Source: an uncultured Methanosarcinaceae archaeon (GTDB lineage Archaea > Halobacteriota > Methanosarcinia > Methanosarcinales > Methanosarcinaceae). From it: a stretch of DNA of 64,000 bases. The translations under genes and the position numbers were made by a program. The stretch spans positions 1 to 64,000 of the forward strand of contig CAVRJG010000033.1 in NCBI GenBank assembly GCA_963721455.1, read 5' to 3'. The notes beneath the pieces were generated by a model. It was not told the origin of the DNA and did no database searches. It saw only the letters and a list, made by a program, of their open reading frames with translations. Below, piece after piece: positions 10,021 to 19,728 of the stretch; the first letter of the stretch is position 1, and the number at the start of each line of letters is the position of its first letter.

Positions 10021-10326
10021 TCAGGGGGCTCGCCCCGAACCTGACGCCGTAGGCTTGGCGGTGCCGAAGCCGAGAGCCTTGCCAAGAATGCTGCCCGCGC
10101 CTGCCCCGACGAGCGCAACGACCAGAGCTACGGCGGACCTATAGTTCGCATGCAATGCAGCATTGAAGGCGAGCACGGGCAGGCCGACGGCCAGCCCGAC
10201 GAGCCATCGGGAGCGAGGCGCGATGGTCGAGACCAAGGCGGCGCAGAGGAAGAGCGCCCCTGCGGTAATACCGGCGTCATCCCAGGTGGCTCGGGAATCA
10301 ACGTAGCCGATGCCCACGCCGAGCAT
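10021..10326 (-). CDS. Cassette small membrane protein
   Basis: GYVDSRATWDDAGIT motif with TM helices; true start probably slightly upstream. Confidence 0.7.
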   Translation of the reverse strand: MLGVGIGYVDSRATWDDAGITAGALFLCAALVSTIAPRSRWLVGLAVGLPVLAFNAALHANYRSAVALVVALVGAGAGSILGKALGFGTAKPTASGSGRAP

Positions 10327-10526
10327 GAGGCCGACCAGGGGTGCGACCAGCGAAGACCTGAGCGACAGGCTGCTTCCCTCCTGTGTGGCACCTAACGGAC
10401 TTGCGCTTAAGCTGCCGGCCCTAGCTCGCCAGCAGCAACGCAGAATGAACGTACCCAGGAATTCACCACGCGAGCAAAGACCCCTTCCTTCGTGAACGTA
10501 CAGGGCCGGCCAGCTTCAAGCGCGGG

Positions 10527-11150
10527 TTAGGTGGCGTTCTCAGAATCCCACGCCGATCGTGACCGGCATGAAGCCCACGCCCCGCACGCCATCCATGCCT
10601 GACCGTAGCGCCATTCCAGCATCAGACACGGCCCGCCGACACGCACCTGCAGGCCCAGGCCGGTCTGGACGCCCAGCCCCATGCCGTCGCGCACGACCCA
10701 GGCACTATCCGGGTCAGCGCTCGGCGCGCCGGCGAGGTGGGACTGAAACGCCCCCACTCCCAGCACGAAGTACGGCGTCACGGCGTGGGGCCCGAACGGG
10801 AAGGCCACGAACGTCCCCAGGAGCCCGAGCGTACGATCCCGTCGCGCCGTCGCGACCACCTCGGTCCCGACGTAGGCGTAGCTCCACGCGGTGGAGGTCA
10901 GTCGATTGTAGAAGAGTTCGGTCCGAAACCGGAGCCTGGTGGTCCCGAGGGGCCATTCGGTCATCGCGCGCAGATGCAGGCCAGCGCGGTCGGCGCCGGT
11001 GAGGCTCCCCGTGGTCGCCGGAACGACGATGCGGCTATCGGCGTTCCCGACGAAGCTCCAGCCGACGGCCAGGCCGAAAGTGGGGCGCTGTGCCGGGAGC
11101 AGGGTCGGTGCGAGGAGACACGCCATCACGCAGAGGCTAGAGCGACGCAT
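10527..11150 (-). CDS. Outer-membrane beta-barrel protein, cassette (3' frameshift likely)
   Basis: Signal peptide, PYFVLGVG, GLGVQTGLG, LEWRY strands; implies a diderm host. Confidence 0.75.
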   Translation of the reverse strand: MRRSSLCVMACLLAPTLLPAQRPTFGLAVGWSFVGNADSRIVVPATTGSLTGADRAGLHLRAMTEWPLGTTRLRFRTELFYNRLTSTAWSYAYVGTEVVATARRDRTLGLLGTFVAFPFGPHAVTPYFVLGVGAFQSHLAGAPSADPDSAWVVRDGMGLGVQTGLGLQVRVGGPCLMLEWRYGQAWMACGAWASCRSRSAWDSENAT

Positions 11151-11274
11151 CGGTGCTCCCCCCTTCCGTGGAGCCTACGCAAGTCCGCATTCTCACGAGC
11201 CGCCTAACGGATTTGCGCTTAAGCTGCCGGCCCTAACTCACCAGCAGCAACGCAGGTTGAACGTACCCAGGAAC

Positions 11275-11766
11275 TCACCACGCGAGTAAAGACCCCTTCC
11301 TTAGTGGACGTACAGGGCCGGCCAGCTTCAAGCGCCGGTTAGGCCGCCAACCACGGTACGACGTCGATGAGGTGATAGGCGTGAGCTTCAGCGTGTCTCG
11401 CACCATGTGCGCCGTGATGCACCAGGCCTCACCTGGCTCTACCCGAATCATGACCGTCCCGGCGAAGTATCCGATCTGGCGCACCCATAAACGGTAGACG
11501 CCCGGGGCGATATTCGGGATGCTGTCGACCCCGTATGCAGGATGGGCAACCAGAGAATCCAGCCCGCCGGCATCTACCTGCAGCAGCATCAAGCCGAGCG
11601 AGGGCCCATGAGCCTCTGGCGGGTCCAAGATGACTCTGATGGACCCGACATTGCCTTGGCTGACTTGCGTTGGACAGTGTGCCGGGCTCAGACGGCTCGT
11701 GATGCGCGACGTACAGCACGCCCCGCATAGAAGAAGGATGGCGAGTACACCGGGCTGTCGGCTCAT
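11275..11766 (-). CDS. Carboxypeptidase-regulatory-like domain lipoprotein, cassette
   Basis: IPNIAPGVYRLWVRQIGY motif; reads into the attC. Confidence 0.65.
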   Translation of the reverse strand: MSRQPGVLAILLLCGACCTSRITSRLSPAHCPTQVSQGNVGSIRVILDPPEAHGPSLGLMLLQVDAGGLDSLVAHPAYGVDSIPNIAPGVYRLWVRQIGYFAGTVMIRVEPGEAWCITAHMVRDTLKLTPITSSTSYRGWRPNRRLKLAGPVRPLRKGSLLAW

Positions 11767-11913
11767 CTGCGTTGGCGGCCTAACGGATTGCGCTTAAGCT
11801 GCCGGCCCTAGCTTGCCAGCAGCAACGCAGAATGAACGTACCCAGGAATTCACCACGCGAGCAAAGACCTCTTCCTTCGTGAACGTACAGGGCCGGCCAG
11901 CTTCAAGCGCGGG

Positions 11914-12219
11914 TTAGCCAGCAGCCTTGCGCGCTTGGAGCCACCGCTGAAGAGAAGCCTGTGTTTCGCCTGACCGCCGGCCGGCGAGCAGGTCTTCGAC
12001 GCTGATGTCTTCGTCGAGGTCGGGCCAATGGATGCCGTGACCGCGTCCGATGAGGCGCCAGTTCCCACGCTCGGTGGCCGTGCCGTGCGACAGACGCGGA
12101 TACCACGCCAGCGGAACGGACAGGGTCCGCCCATCCACCAATTCGACGGTCAGGGCATCGTCCGTAACGCGGACTTCCTGCGCCAGGACGGCCCGCACGT
12201 CAGTCGGTGAAGTAGTCAT
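11914..12219 (-). CDS. DUF2442 protein (TA-like partner)
   Basis: LVDGRTLSVPLAWYPRL...GIHWPDLDEDISV. Confidence 0.92.
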   Translation of the reverse strand: MTTSPTDVRAVLAQEVRVTDDALTVELVDGRTLSVPLAWYPRLSHGTATERGNWRLIGRGHGIHWPDLDEDISVEDLLAGRRSGETQASLQRWLQARKAAG

Positions 12220-12436
12220 CCCACGCCTTTCGCAACTGATCTGCGCGCGCTGCCACCTGCGCCTCGAGCGCCCCGAGTTCGGGACCCCGGAACCCCACGC
12301 TGTCGTGGAGCCGAACCGGGTCGAGCCAGAACTTCCCGTGACAATCGTCCCGCTCGACATGCACATGCCGTGGTTCCTGCCGATCGGCCGAATAGAAGAA
12401 GAAGCGGTAGGGGCCGGATCGGAAGACAGTCGGCAT
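12200..12436 (-). CDS. DUF4160 protein (TA-like partner)
   Basis: MPTVFRSGPYRFFFYS..EPRHVHV..KFWL; overlaps DUF2442. Confidence 0.92.
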   Translation of the reverse strand: MPTVFRSGPYRFFFYSADRQEPRHVHVERDDCHGKFWLDPVRLHDSVGFRGPELGALEAQVAARADQLRKAWDDYFTD

Positions 12437-12637
12437 TGCAACAAGTCTATGTCGGGCCGGGCGAGGGTGGCAAGCGTTCCGGGCTGCTGGCTAACGGACT
12501 GCGCTTAAGCTGCCGGCCCTAACTCGCCAGCAGCAACGCAGAATGAACGTACCCAGGAACTCACCACGCGGCGCAAAGACCCCTTCCTTCGTGAACGTAC
12601 AGGGCCGGCCAGCTTCAAGCGCGGGTTAGGCGGCGGC

Positions 12638-13270
12638 TCATGACGCGCGGTCAAGTGAAAGGGTTACTCGTTGAACGCGCAGGAGCGGTCCGCCATAGCA
12701 GAAGCTGGTGACGGCTTCTGGCAGTACTCCGCTTAGGTCGATGCCATCCCCATCTCGGATTTCAATTTCGCGTGGGAACTCGATGGGGTACACGATGTCG
12801 GTCGGACGGCCGGGGTTCAGCCGGATCCGCGGGCAGTTCTCGGCCACACCTTCCACCACGGCCCTGCCCCCCACGAAGGCGTCTATTCTGTCGTGTAGGA
12901 AGGGGATGCCAAAGACCTCAACGGCGTTGGCCGGGCTCCCCGACTGGGAGGCCAGAATCCTAATACCGGCCCAGGATCCCGGCGCTGGGATTGACACCGT
13001 GGCGTCGTACACGTTCGGCGCGACGCACTCGAAGTTGGCAATCGTGGCTCGTGCGTACACCACGACATCGGCACCATCCACGTGCGTGCCGAGGTACTTG
13101 AGGGTCCCGCAGCCCGTGGAGCCTACGGCCCGGAGTTGAAGGTCGCTGCCGACGAACCGAGCCTCGACCCAGGCTACCCTGGCCCGAGTGTCGTCTGGCC
13201 CAAGAATGCCGCAGCCGGTCGCGAGGGCCATGAGGACCGGTAGCCAGCAGCGGTCGAGGAGTCTTCGCAT
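12638..13270 (-). CDS. Cassette lipoprotein
   Basis: LATGC lipobox; fills the cassette. Confidence 0.7.
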   Translation of the reverse strand: MRRLLDRCWLPVLMALATGCGILGPDDTRARVAWVEARFVGSDLQLRAVGSTGCGTLKYLGTHVDGADVVVYARATIANFECVAPNVYDATVSIPAPGSWAGIRILASQSGSPANAVEVFGIPFLHDRIDAFVGGRAVVEGVAENCPRIRLNPGRPTDIVYPIEFPREIEIRDGDGIDLSGVLPEAVTSFCYGGPLLRVQRVTLSLDRAS

Positions 13271-13459
13271 TGACCTGCTCTCCACTGCCGATACCCGCCG
13301 CGGCGCCTCAGGGTCACGGGGCCGCCGCCTAACGGACTGCGGTTCTGCTGCGGGCCCTACCTCACCAGCAGCAAGGAACTCCGATTCCTGCTCAATCTTG
13401 CCAGCATCTCGTATCTACCGCCAGCCATCGCGCCCGTCAGCAGCAAGCGCCTGTTAGAC

Positions 13460-13766
13460 GACGCCCGTGGTGCGTGAGGGGCCGCGCCGCTGCCGCGGCA
13501 CAGTGCCCGGGGCCACCGGCTGGAAACCCGACCGCCGGCCCCCGGGTGCCCCGACGGCGCGGCGCCGAACGCGGTGGGACCGGGCGAGCCGGAACGCCGG
13601 GGGCCGCGCGGCGCAGCGGAGCGATTCCTCGGGCAACGAGGAGGAGTTGGTTGCGTTGTGTGGTGCGCGGAGCGGCGAGCGCGGCCCGAGAGTGAGGAGC
13701 GTGACGGGCCGCCACCCGGATCCTGCTTTGCTCAGCACCCTGGTTCATGTCGTTGTGCCTGGCGAC
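13460..13766. other. ORF-less cassette, copy 2
   Basis: Paralogue of 8253-8552; both carry a family-C attC. Confidence 0.7.
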
Positions 13767-13902
13767 GTCTAACGGACTTGCGCTTAAGCTGCCGGCGCGA
13801 AAGTGCACCAGGCGAGCCGTCTGGTCAATGACCTGCTCCTGGAGAGCACCAGCCACTCATTTCTAATGCCCGGCGCGAGCGCCGGTCAGCTTCAAGCGCC
13901 GG

Positions 13903-14340
13903 TTAGACGGCGCCCAGGGTTACTTGTGGGAAGCGTAGGGTATCACCAGCCAGCCCGCTAGGCGCGCTATCACGAAGAGAGCGGACGTCGAGTACGCTAA
14001 TGCGGTGGCTCGCCACAGAGGCGTTGAGGGAGCCTCGAGCTCCCTTGAGAAGTAGCCCGCCAAAAGCACAAGTACGACTATGAACAGAGCGGCCGAAGGA
14101 GGAGAGTCTGCGCCGTACCGATGGGGCGAAGGCGAAGTTCAGGATCGTGAAAGCAACGTGGACAATGGGCAAGGCAAAGCCGATCGTGACGAGCACCGAC
14201 TTGGCGGACGCGCTGAGGGAGGACCTGGGTCGCGTGGCCGCAGGCCTGGCAGCACGTACACGGGTCAGGTAGGAGCCAACCCAGAGGAGTTCGGCGGCGA
14301 AGAGAACCGCGAAGAGGAGAGAGAGTGCTGAGCGCGTCAT
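13903..14340 (-). CDS. Cassette membrane protein (possible 3' frameshift)
   Basis: Two TM helices; stop in the attC core. Confidence 0.55.
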   Translation of the reverse strand: MTRSALSLLFAVLFAAELLWVGSYLTRVRAARPAATRPRSSLSASAKSVLVTIGFALPIVHVAFTILNFAFAPSVRRRLSSFGRSVHSRTCAFGGLLLKGARGSLNASVASHRISVLDVRSLRDSAPSGLAGDTLRFPQVTLGAV

Positions 14341-14502
14341 CTTGGAATGATCCGGCGCCGTCTAACGGACTTGCGCTTAAGCTGCCGGCCCTAGCTCGCC
14401 AGCAGCAACGCAGAGTGAACGTACCCAGGAATTCACCACGCGCGCAAAGACCTCTTCCTTCGTGAACGTACAGGGCCGGCCAGCTTCAAGCGCCGGTTAG
14501 GC

Positions 14503-15089
14503 AGCGCTTCGGTCAGCGTAGCCGCCATGGCGATTGCGCGCCAGCGTGCGAACCAGGTCCGGCCTGGCCGTCGACCTGCCGCAGCCGATCGCGCATGGCG
14601 CTGTCTCGGCAGTGCGCGCGCATCCAGGCTCCGGCCAGGTCGCACGAACGTGACGACGCTGCGTCACGTGAGCGGAGTCCCGAGCGCCTCGGAGGCTGTC
14701 GGGCAGCCGCGATCGAGGATGCCGGTCGAATCTCAGCCGAAGCGCATCCTCGCGCAGATGGTAGCGTAGACCCGGCGGTGCCGGCCATCGATCGGTACGC
14801 AGCGATCAGTCAAAGCTCCAGTGCGACGAGCGAGCGATGCCCGGCGACGACGACCCGGATCCGACGCGCACGAGAGGCTGCGGCACGGATCACGGGTCCT
14901 GGAGCGAGCGGGCGAGCTGAGCTCGTCGATCGTGCAGCGAGCGTCCGGGTCGGTAGTCGAGTATCGCCGGCTGCCCGTGGTACCGGCCACGTAGCCGCAA
15001 CTGCGCAGGAGTCCGAGCGTCAGGATGCCACTGACGGTTGCACGGATCATGGCGGGGCTCTCGTCCGCGCTCGGATGTCACTGCGCGCT
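14503..15089 (-). pseudogene. Cassette with degraded or frameshifted gene
   Basis: Bounded by attC sites; only MIRATVSGILTLGLL... start, no full-length ORF. Confidence 0.35.
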
Positions 15090-15240
15090 GCCTAACGACT
15101 CTGCGCTTAAGCTGCCGGCCCTAGCTCGCCAGCCGCAACGCAGTGTGAACGTAGCGAGGAACTCACCAGGCGGCCAACCTCTCTTCCTTTCGAACGTACG
15201 GGCCGGCCAGCTTCAAGCGCCGGTTAGGCGGCGTCCTTGA

Positions 15241-15840
15241 TCAGGTGGCTTGGACGGCCACGACCAGCGCGGCAAGGGCAATGAGAATCGCCAGCACCGC
15301 CAACAGAAACGCCAAACGTATGAGCGTGCGCGAGGCCGGATAGGGAACCAGCCACGGCGTCATGTCGCCGTGTGGTCGCCCCCTCGCGCCGGGTCGGATC
15401 GATGCCAGCCGACGACACGCGTCCCGTGCGCGGTCGAGCGCGACGCCCATCTCGGTGAGCACCGTGACTGCGGGGACTGACTCGGGGTGAAGTAGCCCGA
15501 GGAGCAGATGTTCGGTACCTACATATTGATGTCCGAGCTCGCGGGCCTCGCCCATGGCGAACTCCAGGACTTTCTTGGCCTTGGAGGAGTAGGGGAGGTC
15601 AGGCGGACCCGGAGCGGGGTCGTGGTGGCCCACCTTCACGGATGCCTGAGCCCTTCGGAGGAGTGCCTCGGGCTCCACCGCCAGGTCGGTGAGGATGGCG
15701 GTCGCGACACCGTCGCCCTCCTGGAGGAGGCCAAGCAAGAGGTGCTCTGCCCCAACGTACTCTTGGCGCAGAGCGGTTGCCTGCTCTCGCGCGAGTTGGA
15801 GGGCTCGCCGCACCTGGTCGGTGAAGTTGTAGCCGTTCAT
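15241..15840 (-). CDS. Clp protease N-terminal domain protein with C-terminal TM anchor, cassette
   Basis: MNGYNFTDQVRRAL..YVGAEHLLLGL twice; no AAA+ domain. Confidence 0.9.
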   Translation of the reverse strand: MNGYNFTDQVRRALQLAREQATALRQEYVGAEHLLLGLLQEGDGVATAILTDLAVEPEALLRRAQASVKVGHHDPAPGPPDLPYSSKAKKVLEFAMGEARELGHQYVGTEHLLLGLLHPESVPAVTVLTEMGVALDRARDACRRLASIRPGARGRPHGDMTPWLVPYPASRTLIRLAFLLAVLAILIALAALVVAVQAT

Positions 15841-16015
15841 TCCGGCACCGATGGACGCCGCCTAACGGATTGCGCTTAAGCTGCCGGCCCTAGCTCACCA
15901 GCAGCAACGTCAGTTGAACGTACCCAGGAATCCACCACGCGCGCAAAGACCTCTTCCTTCGTGAACGTACAGGGCCGGCCAGCTTCAAGCGCGGGTTAGA
16001 CTGCGCAGGCGACGC

Positions 16016-16537
16016 TCATGGCAGCACATCGCAGAACCCAGAGTGCTGTGAGGCCGCCGCCCAAGCCCCGCTGACCGCGCGGTTGTGCGTGGAGCTGACA
16101 GCCAGTAGGCGTCCGCGGGCGGTCAGGCTATCCGTCGCTCCAACGGCGGGGAAGACGGAAGTCAACTGGATGTTGCCCGTCGTCCGGTTTGTGTCGACAA
16201 AACTCAACATCTCGGTCCCCGCCACGACCTGAACGTCATGGGTGCCAACGTCAGTAATGTACCGCGCGCGACCCGCCTGCCGATCGATAGCATCGTAGAC
16301 TTCCATCAGCTCAAGCGGGCGCTCTTGAGCGATCTGTGTAGCTCCCCTACCCAACGTCGTTGCCGTCCCGGTGTCAAATGAACAGCGAAGGCGTTCTGCT
16401 GAGTACATCAGGCGGTGGCCAGGATCTGGGACGCGCTGCTGCACCGCCTCGTCCTGCTGGAACCACGGTCCACGGACGAGCGCGGCCGAAGCGACGATGC
16501 TGAGTGCTGGAAGGAGAATCTGGAGCGGTCTCGGCAC
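16016..16537 (-). CDS. Cassette secreted hypothetical protein
   Basis: GAGGAG RBS, signal peptide. Confidence 0.7.
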   Translation of the reverse strand: MPRPLQILLPALSIVASAALVRGPWFQQDEAVQQRVPDPGHRLMYSAERLRCSFDTGTATTLGRGATQIAQERPLELMEVYDAIDRQAGRARYITDVGTHDVQVVAGTEMLSFVDTNRTTGNIQLTSVFPAVGATDSLTARGRLLAVSSTHNRAVSGAWAAASQHSGFCDVLP

Positions 16538-16714
16538 TGGCTCTCCTCAGCAATCGATCTTGCGCAGTCTAACGACTCTGCGCTTAAGCTGCCGGCGCGA
16601 AAGTGCACCAGGCGCACCGTCTGGTCAATGACCTGGTCATGGAGCTTGCCTGCCACTCATTTCTACGCCCGGCGCGGGCGCCGGCCAGCTTCAAGCGCCG
16701 GTTAGACAGCAGCG

Positions 16715-17296
16715 TCACACGCGCTCGGCCCAGTTGTCGTCGAACCAGACTCGCGGAACTTGTGCTGTCTTCGCAGCTTCGGCCAGAGCGCTCTGAACGA
16801 TCAGAAACTTCTCCTTTGAGTCGATCTCGCGGATCGTGGCGAAGGGCAGGCGCAGGCCAAGGCGACGTAGGCGCCGGATGATGATGCTGTCGATTGGGAC
16901 GGGGAGCCATGGACTGATGCGACGGACTTCAGCGTCTCCGAAATATCGAGTGTGTAGGGAGATATCACGCAGATAGAGCGAGAGAATCTTCGCGGCATGG
17001 CCCCATTTGAGACCGGGTTGGACCCTGGGGTTCCTCGTGTTGAGTTCGCTGAGGCACCGGGTTATATGGTCGAGTTGATGTTCGTACCACTTCGCAAAGC
17101 GGTCCTCATCGAGAGCGGGGAGTTCGTGGGCAGGGAGTCCTTCTAGTAGTGGTAGCAGGCGCTGCTTCGTGCCGGCCCGGAAGACCCGGATGACGGAGCT
17201 TCCCAGGACCCCGCGCGCCACCCAGGCCTGCATGGCGTCACGGTGGCGGTCCCGAAGACGAACAAACTCCTGGCTGAGTGCGGTTCCGTTGTGCAT
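16715..17296 (-). CDS. Cassette hypothetical protein (helical, glycosylase-like motifs)
   Basis: WGHAAKILSLYLRD...VPIDS motifs. Confidence 0.7.
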   Translation of the reverse strand: MHNGTALSQEFVRLRDRHRDAMQAWVARGVLGSSVIRVFRAGTKQRLLPLLEGLPAHELPALDEDRFAKWYEHQLDHITRCLSELNTRNPRVQPGLKWGHAAKILSLYLRDISLHTRYFGDAEVRRISPWLPVPIDSIIIRRLRRLGLRLPFATIREIDSKEKFLIVQSALAEAAKTAQVPRVWFDDNWAERV

Positions 17297-17457
17297 CCGT
17301 GTCTGCTGTCTAACGACTCTGCGCTTAAGCTGCCGGCGCCAAGGTGCACCAGGCGCGCCGTTTGGTCAATGACCTGCTCCTGGAGAGCACCAGCCACTCA
17401 TATCCACCGCCCGGCGACGCGCCGGCCAGCTTCAAGCGCGGGTTAGACTGCCGCGCG

Positions 17458-17958
17458 TTAGGGCGCGGGGCCCCAGGTGGTGCTCTGCGAACCAAACAAC
17501 GCCCCCCAAGCGCCGATGCCGATGGCTCCGGTGAGGGCCCAGACCGGCACCGGGGCCCCGCATTCGGCGCTATCGCAGAATCCGTTGTAGGCCGCCCCGG
17601 CCAGTACGCCCCACAGGACGCCGATCGCTGCACCGATGGCCGCCCCGCGCCAGAGGTGGGTGCCTCGCGCGACCTCGATGTCGGCTAGCGTCGCCACGGA
17701 CACGCTGTCGACGCGGTGGGGCACCAGGTCGCGGCAGGGCGGGGCCGGGTACCGACAAAACGTGACCTGGGGGCTCTGGGCCGTGAGCGGTCTGAGGAGG
17801 CGGCCGCGCAGGAGCCGGCCGTCGTCCAGGTGCAGGCGGACCAACTGCCCGCTGTCGAGGGGGATGGTGAACAGCACCTGCTGGCCGGCCGCCGGTGCTC
17901 GAAGGAGCGCGAGGCTGGCCGCAGCGAGCAGCACGGGGAATGGGCGGTAGCAGGGCAT
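17458..17958 (-). CDS. Cassette secreted protein with glycine-zipper TM
   Basis: Signal peptide, GAAIGAAIG repeats. Confidence 0.75.
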   Translation of the reverse strand: MPCYRPFPVLLAAASLALLRAPAAGQQVLFTIPLDSGQLVRLHLDDGRLLRGRLLRPLTAQSPQVTFCRYPAPPCRDLVPHRVDSVSVATLADIEVARGTHLWRGAAIGAAIGVLWGVLAGAAYNGFCDSAECGAPVPVWALTGAIGIGAWGALFGSQSTTWGPAP

Positions 17959-18115
17959 ACGGCGCGGCAGTCTAACGACTCTGCGCTTAAGCTGCCGGCC
18001 CTAGCTCGCCAGCAGCAACGCAGTCAGTGAACGTACCCAGGAATTCACCACGCGGGCAAAGACCCCTTCCTTCGTGAACGTACAGGGCCGGCCAGCTTCA
18101 AGCGCCGGTTAGGCG

Positions 18116-18301
18116 TCACGGCTCCGGTACCTCCAGGTCGCGACAGATCTTCCGGGCCAGAAAGTCATCGACCTCGCGATGCCGAGGCACCGTCGAGGTC
18201 TTGCGTCGTGCGCGATTCACGTAGACCGAGTGCTGGGCGCCTTCCCGCAGCAGCTCACACCCGTTGGCCTCCAGGTGGCGGATGAGATCGCGACGCTTCA
18301 C
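18116..18301 (-). CDS. hicA: HicA family toxin
   Basis: MKRRDLIRHLEANGCELLREGAQH...VPRH. Confidence 0.93.
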   Translation of the reverse strand: MKRRDLIRHLEANGCELLREGAQHSVYVNRARRKTSTVPRHREVDDFLARKICRDLEVPEP

Positions 18302-18516
18302 GCCGGCAGGCGCAGCGGCTCGCGAATCACCTCCTTGGTCCCGATCGCTTCCTCCGCGAGCACGCGGTTGGCCTCGAGCACGAGCCGGACGGCTTCGGCA
18401 AGGTTGGCCCGGGCCTCCTCGAGGGTGGTGCCCTGGGTATTGGCGCCGGGCAATTCCTCGACGAAGCCGATGTAACCGAGGGGCACCTTTTGGAACACGG
18501 CGGTCAGTTCTGGCAT
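18298..18516 (-). CDS. hicB: HicB family antitoxin
   Basis: ELPGANTQGTTLEEARANLAEA; GTGA overlap with hicA; TGcTAGATT just upstream. Confidence 0.93.
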   Translation of the reverse strand: MPELTAVFQKVPLGYIGFVEELPGANTQGTTLEEARANLAEAVRLVLEANRVLAEEAIGTKEVIREPLRLPA

Positions 18517-18682
18517 GGCTTCAATCTAGCAAGATCTTTCAGTGACGCCTAACGGACTCTGCGCTTAAGCTGCCGGCGCGAAAGTGCACCAGGCGAGCCG
18601 TCTGGTCAATGACCTGGTCATGGAGCTTGCCTGCCACTCAATGCTACGCCCGGCGGAAGCGCCGGCCAGCTTCAAGCGCCGG

Positions 18683-19546
18683 TTAGGCTGCACCTCGGCG
18701 TGCACGCACCAACCTGACGACCCACCAGCCCAGACCCGCGATCAGAAGCCACGGTGCCAGGAATGTCACCAGGTAAACCAGCCACGACAGGGAGGTGGAG
18801 AGAACGTGAAGCGCTTGACCAAACGCCTCCTTGATCGGAGCGGTAGAACCTGGGCGCAGCAGTGCGCCTGGCTCGACGAGTGTGACCGTAATCGTCGATA
18901 TGGCGATCCGCTGGTCGTAGTAGCGTCGCTCGCCCTTGAGCTGCTCAAGCTCTGTAACCACACGGGAGAGCTCCCGTTCGACGTCGAGAACATCGGAGAG
19001 TTTGCCTGTGCGATCTGTCAGGAGGCGCCGGAGTCGCGCCGCCGTCTCCTCCTTCACCGTCAGTCTGGTCTCCAGGTCAGCGTACGCTTTCGTAACGTCG
19101 TCCGTGGTCACGGCCTCACTTCTCACCTCTCCGAGGCGCTTCAAGCTCGCCAGCGTCTCCGCAAACCGCGCGGCGGGGACCCGAATGACGAGCACAGCGC
19201 TCCGGCGGCGGTCTTCATCTTGGTTGAGGTGTATGTCGGCGAGGAGGGCGTCAGACTCTTTGGCTACACTATCCGCGCGTTGCACAGCGAGCGGCACGCT
19301 ATCCACCTGCAGGCGCAGCTCGGCGGACCGAATGAGCTTCTGTTCCGCCCACATCGACTGCAGCGACGGCGTGGGCGTCTGAGCCGCGAGCGAGGTCCCG
19401 CGACCGCCATCGAATGCGGCCGGGGCGGGAAGCGCAGTGGCGACCTCGACTTGGTCCGCAGCCCGCGCGCGCGGAGCCTCCGCCCCGCCACACGAAGCGG
19501 CGAAGAACGCGATTGAGGGCGCGAGGAGGCTGAACAGGGATCGCAT
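18683..19546 (-). CDS. DUF4349 lipoprotein, cassette
   Basis: KLIRSAELRL, IRVPA, DVTKAYADLETRL, C-terminal TM. Confidence 0.9.
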   Translation of the reverse strand: MRSLFSLLAPSIAFFAASCGGAEAPRARAADQVEVATALPAPAAFDGGRGTSLAAQTPTPSLQSMWAEQKLIRSAELRLQVDSVPLAVQRADSVAKESDALLADIHLNQDEDRRRSAVLVIRVPAARFAETLASLKRLGEVRSEAVTTDDVTKAYADLETRLTVKEETAARLRRLLTDRTGKLSDVLDVERELSRVVTELEQLKGERRYYDQRIAISTITVTLVEPGALLRPGSTAPIKEAFGQALHVLSTSLSWLVYLVTFLAPWLLIAGLGWWVVRLVRARRGAA

Positions 19547-19728
19547 GAAGGTGGCCTCCACAGTGGAACTCGACACTAGAGTTGTGCAGCCTAACGGACT
19601 TGCGCTTAAGCTGCCGGCCCTAGCTCACCAGCAGCAACGTCTGTCAATGAACGTACCCAGGAATTCACCACGCGCGCAAAGACCTCTTCCTTCGTGAACG
19701 TACAGGGCCGGCCAGCTTCAAGCGCCGG

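Noticed and set aside
1734-15089. Programmed frameshifting in cassette genes
   Set aside because: Many scattered indels without slippery motifs; sequencing error or decay is more likely.
18584-19516. 310-aa plus-strand ORF and other long plus-strand ORFs in the array
   Set aside because: Antisense shadows of minus-strand genes in high-GC DNA.
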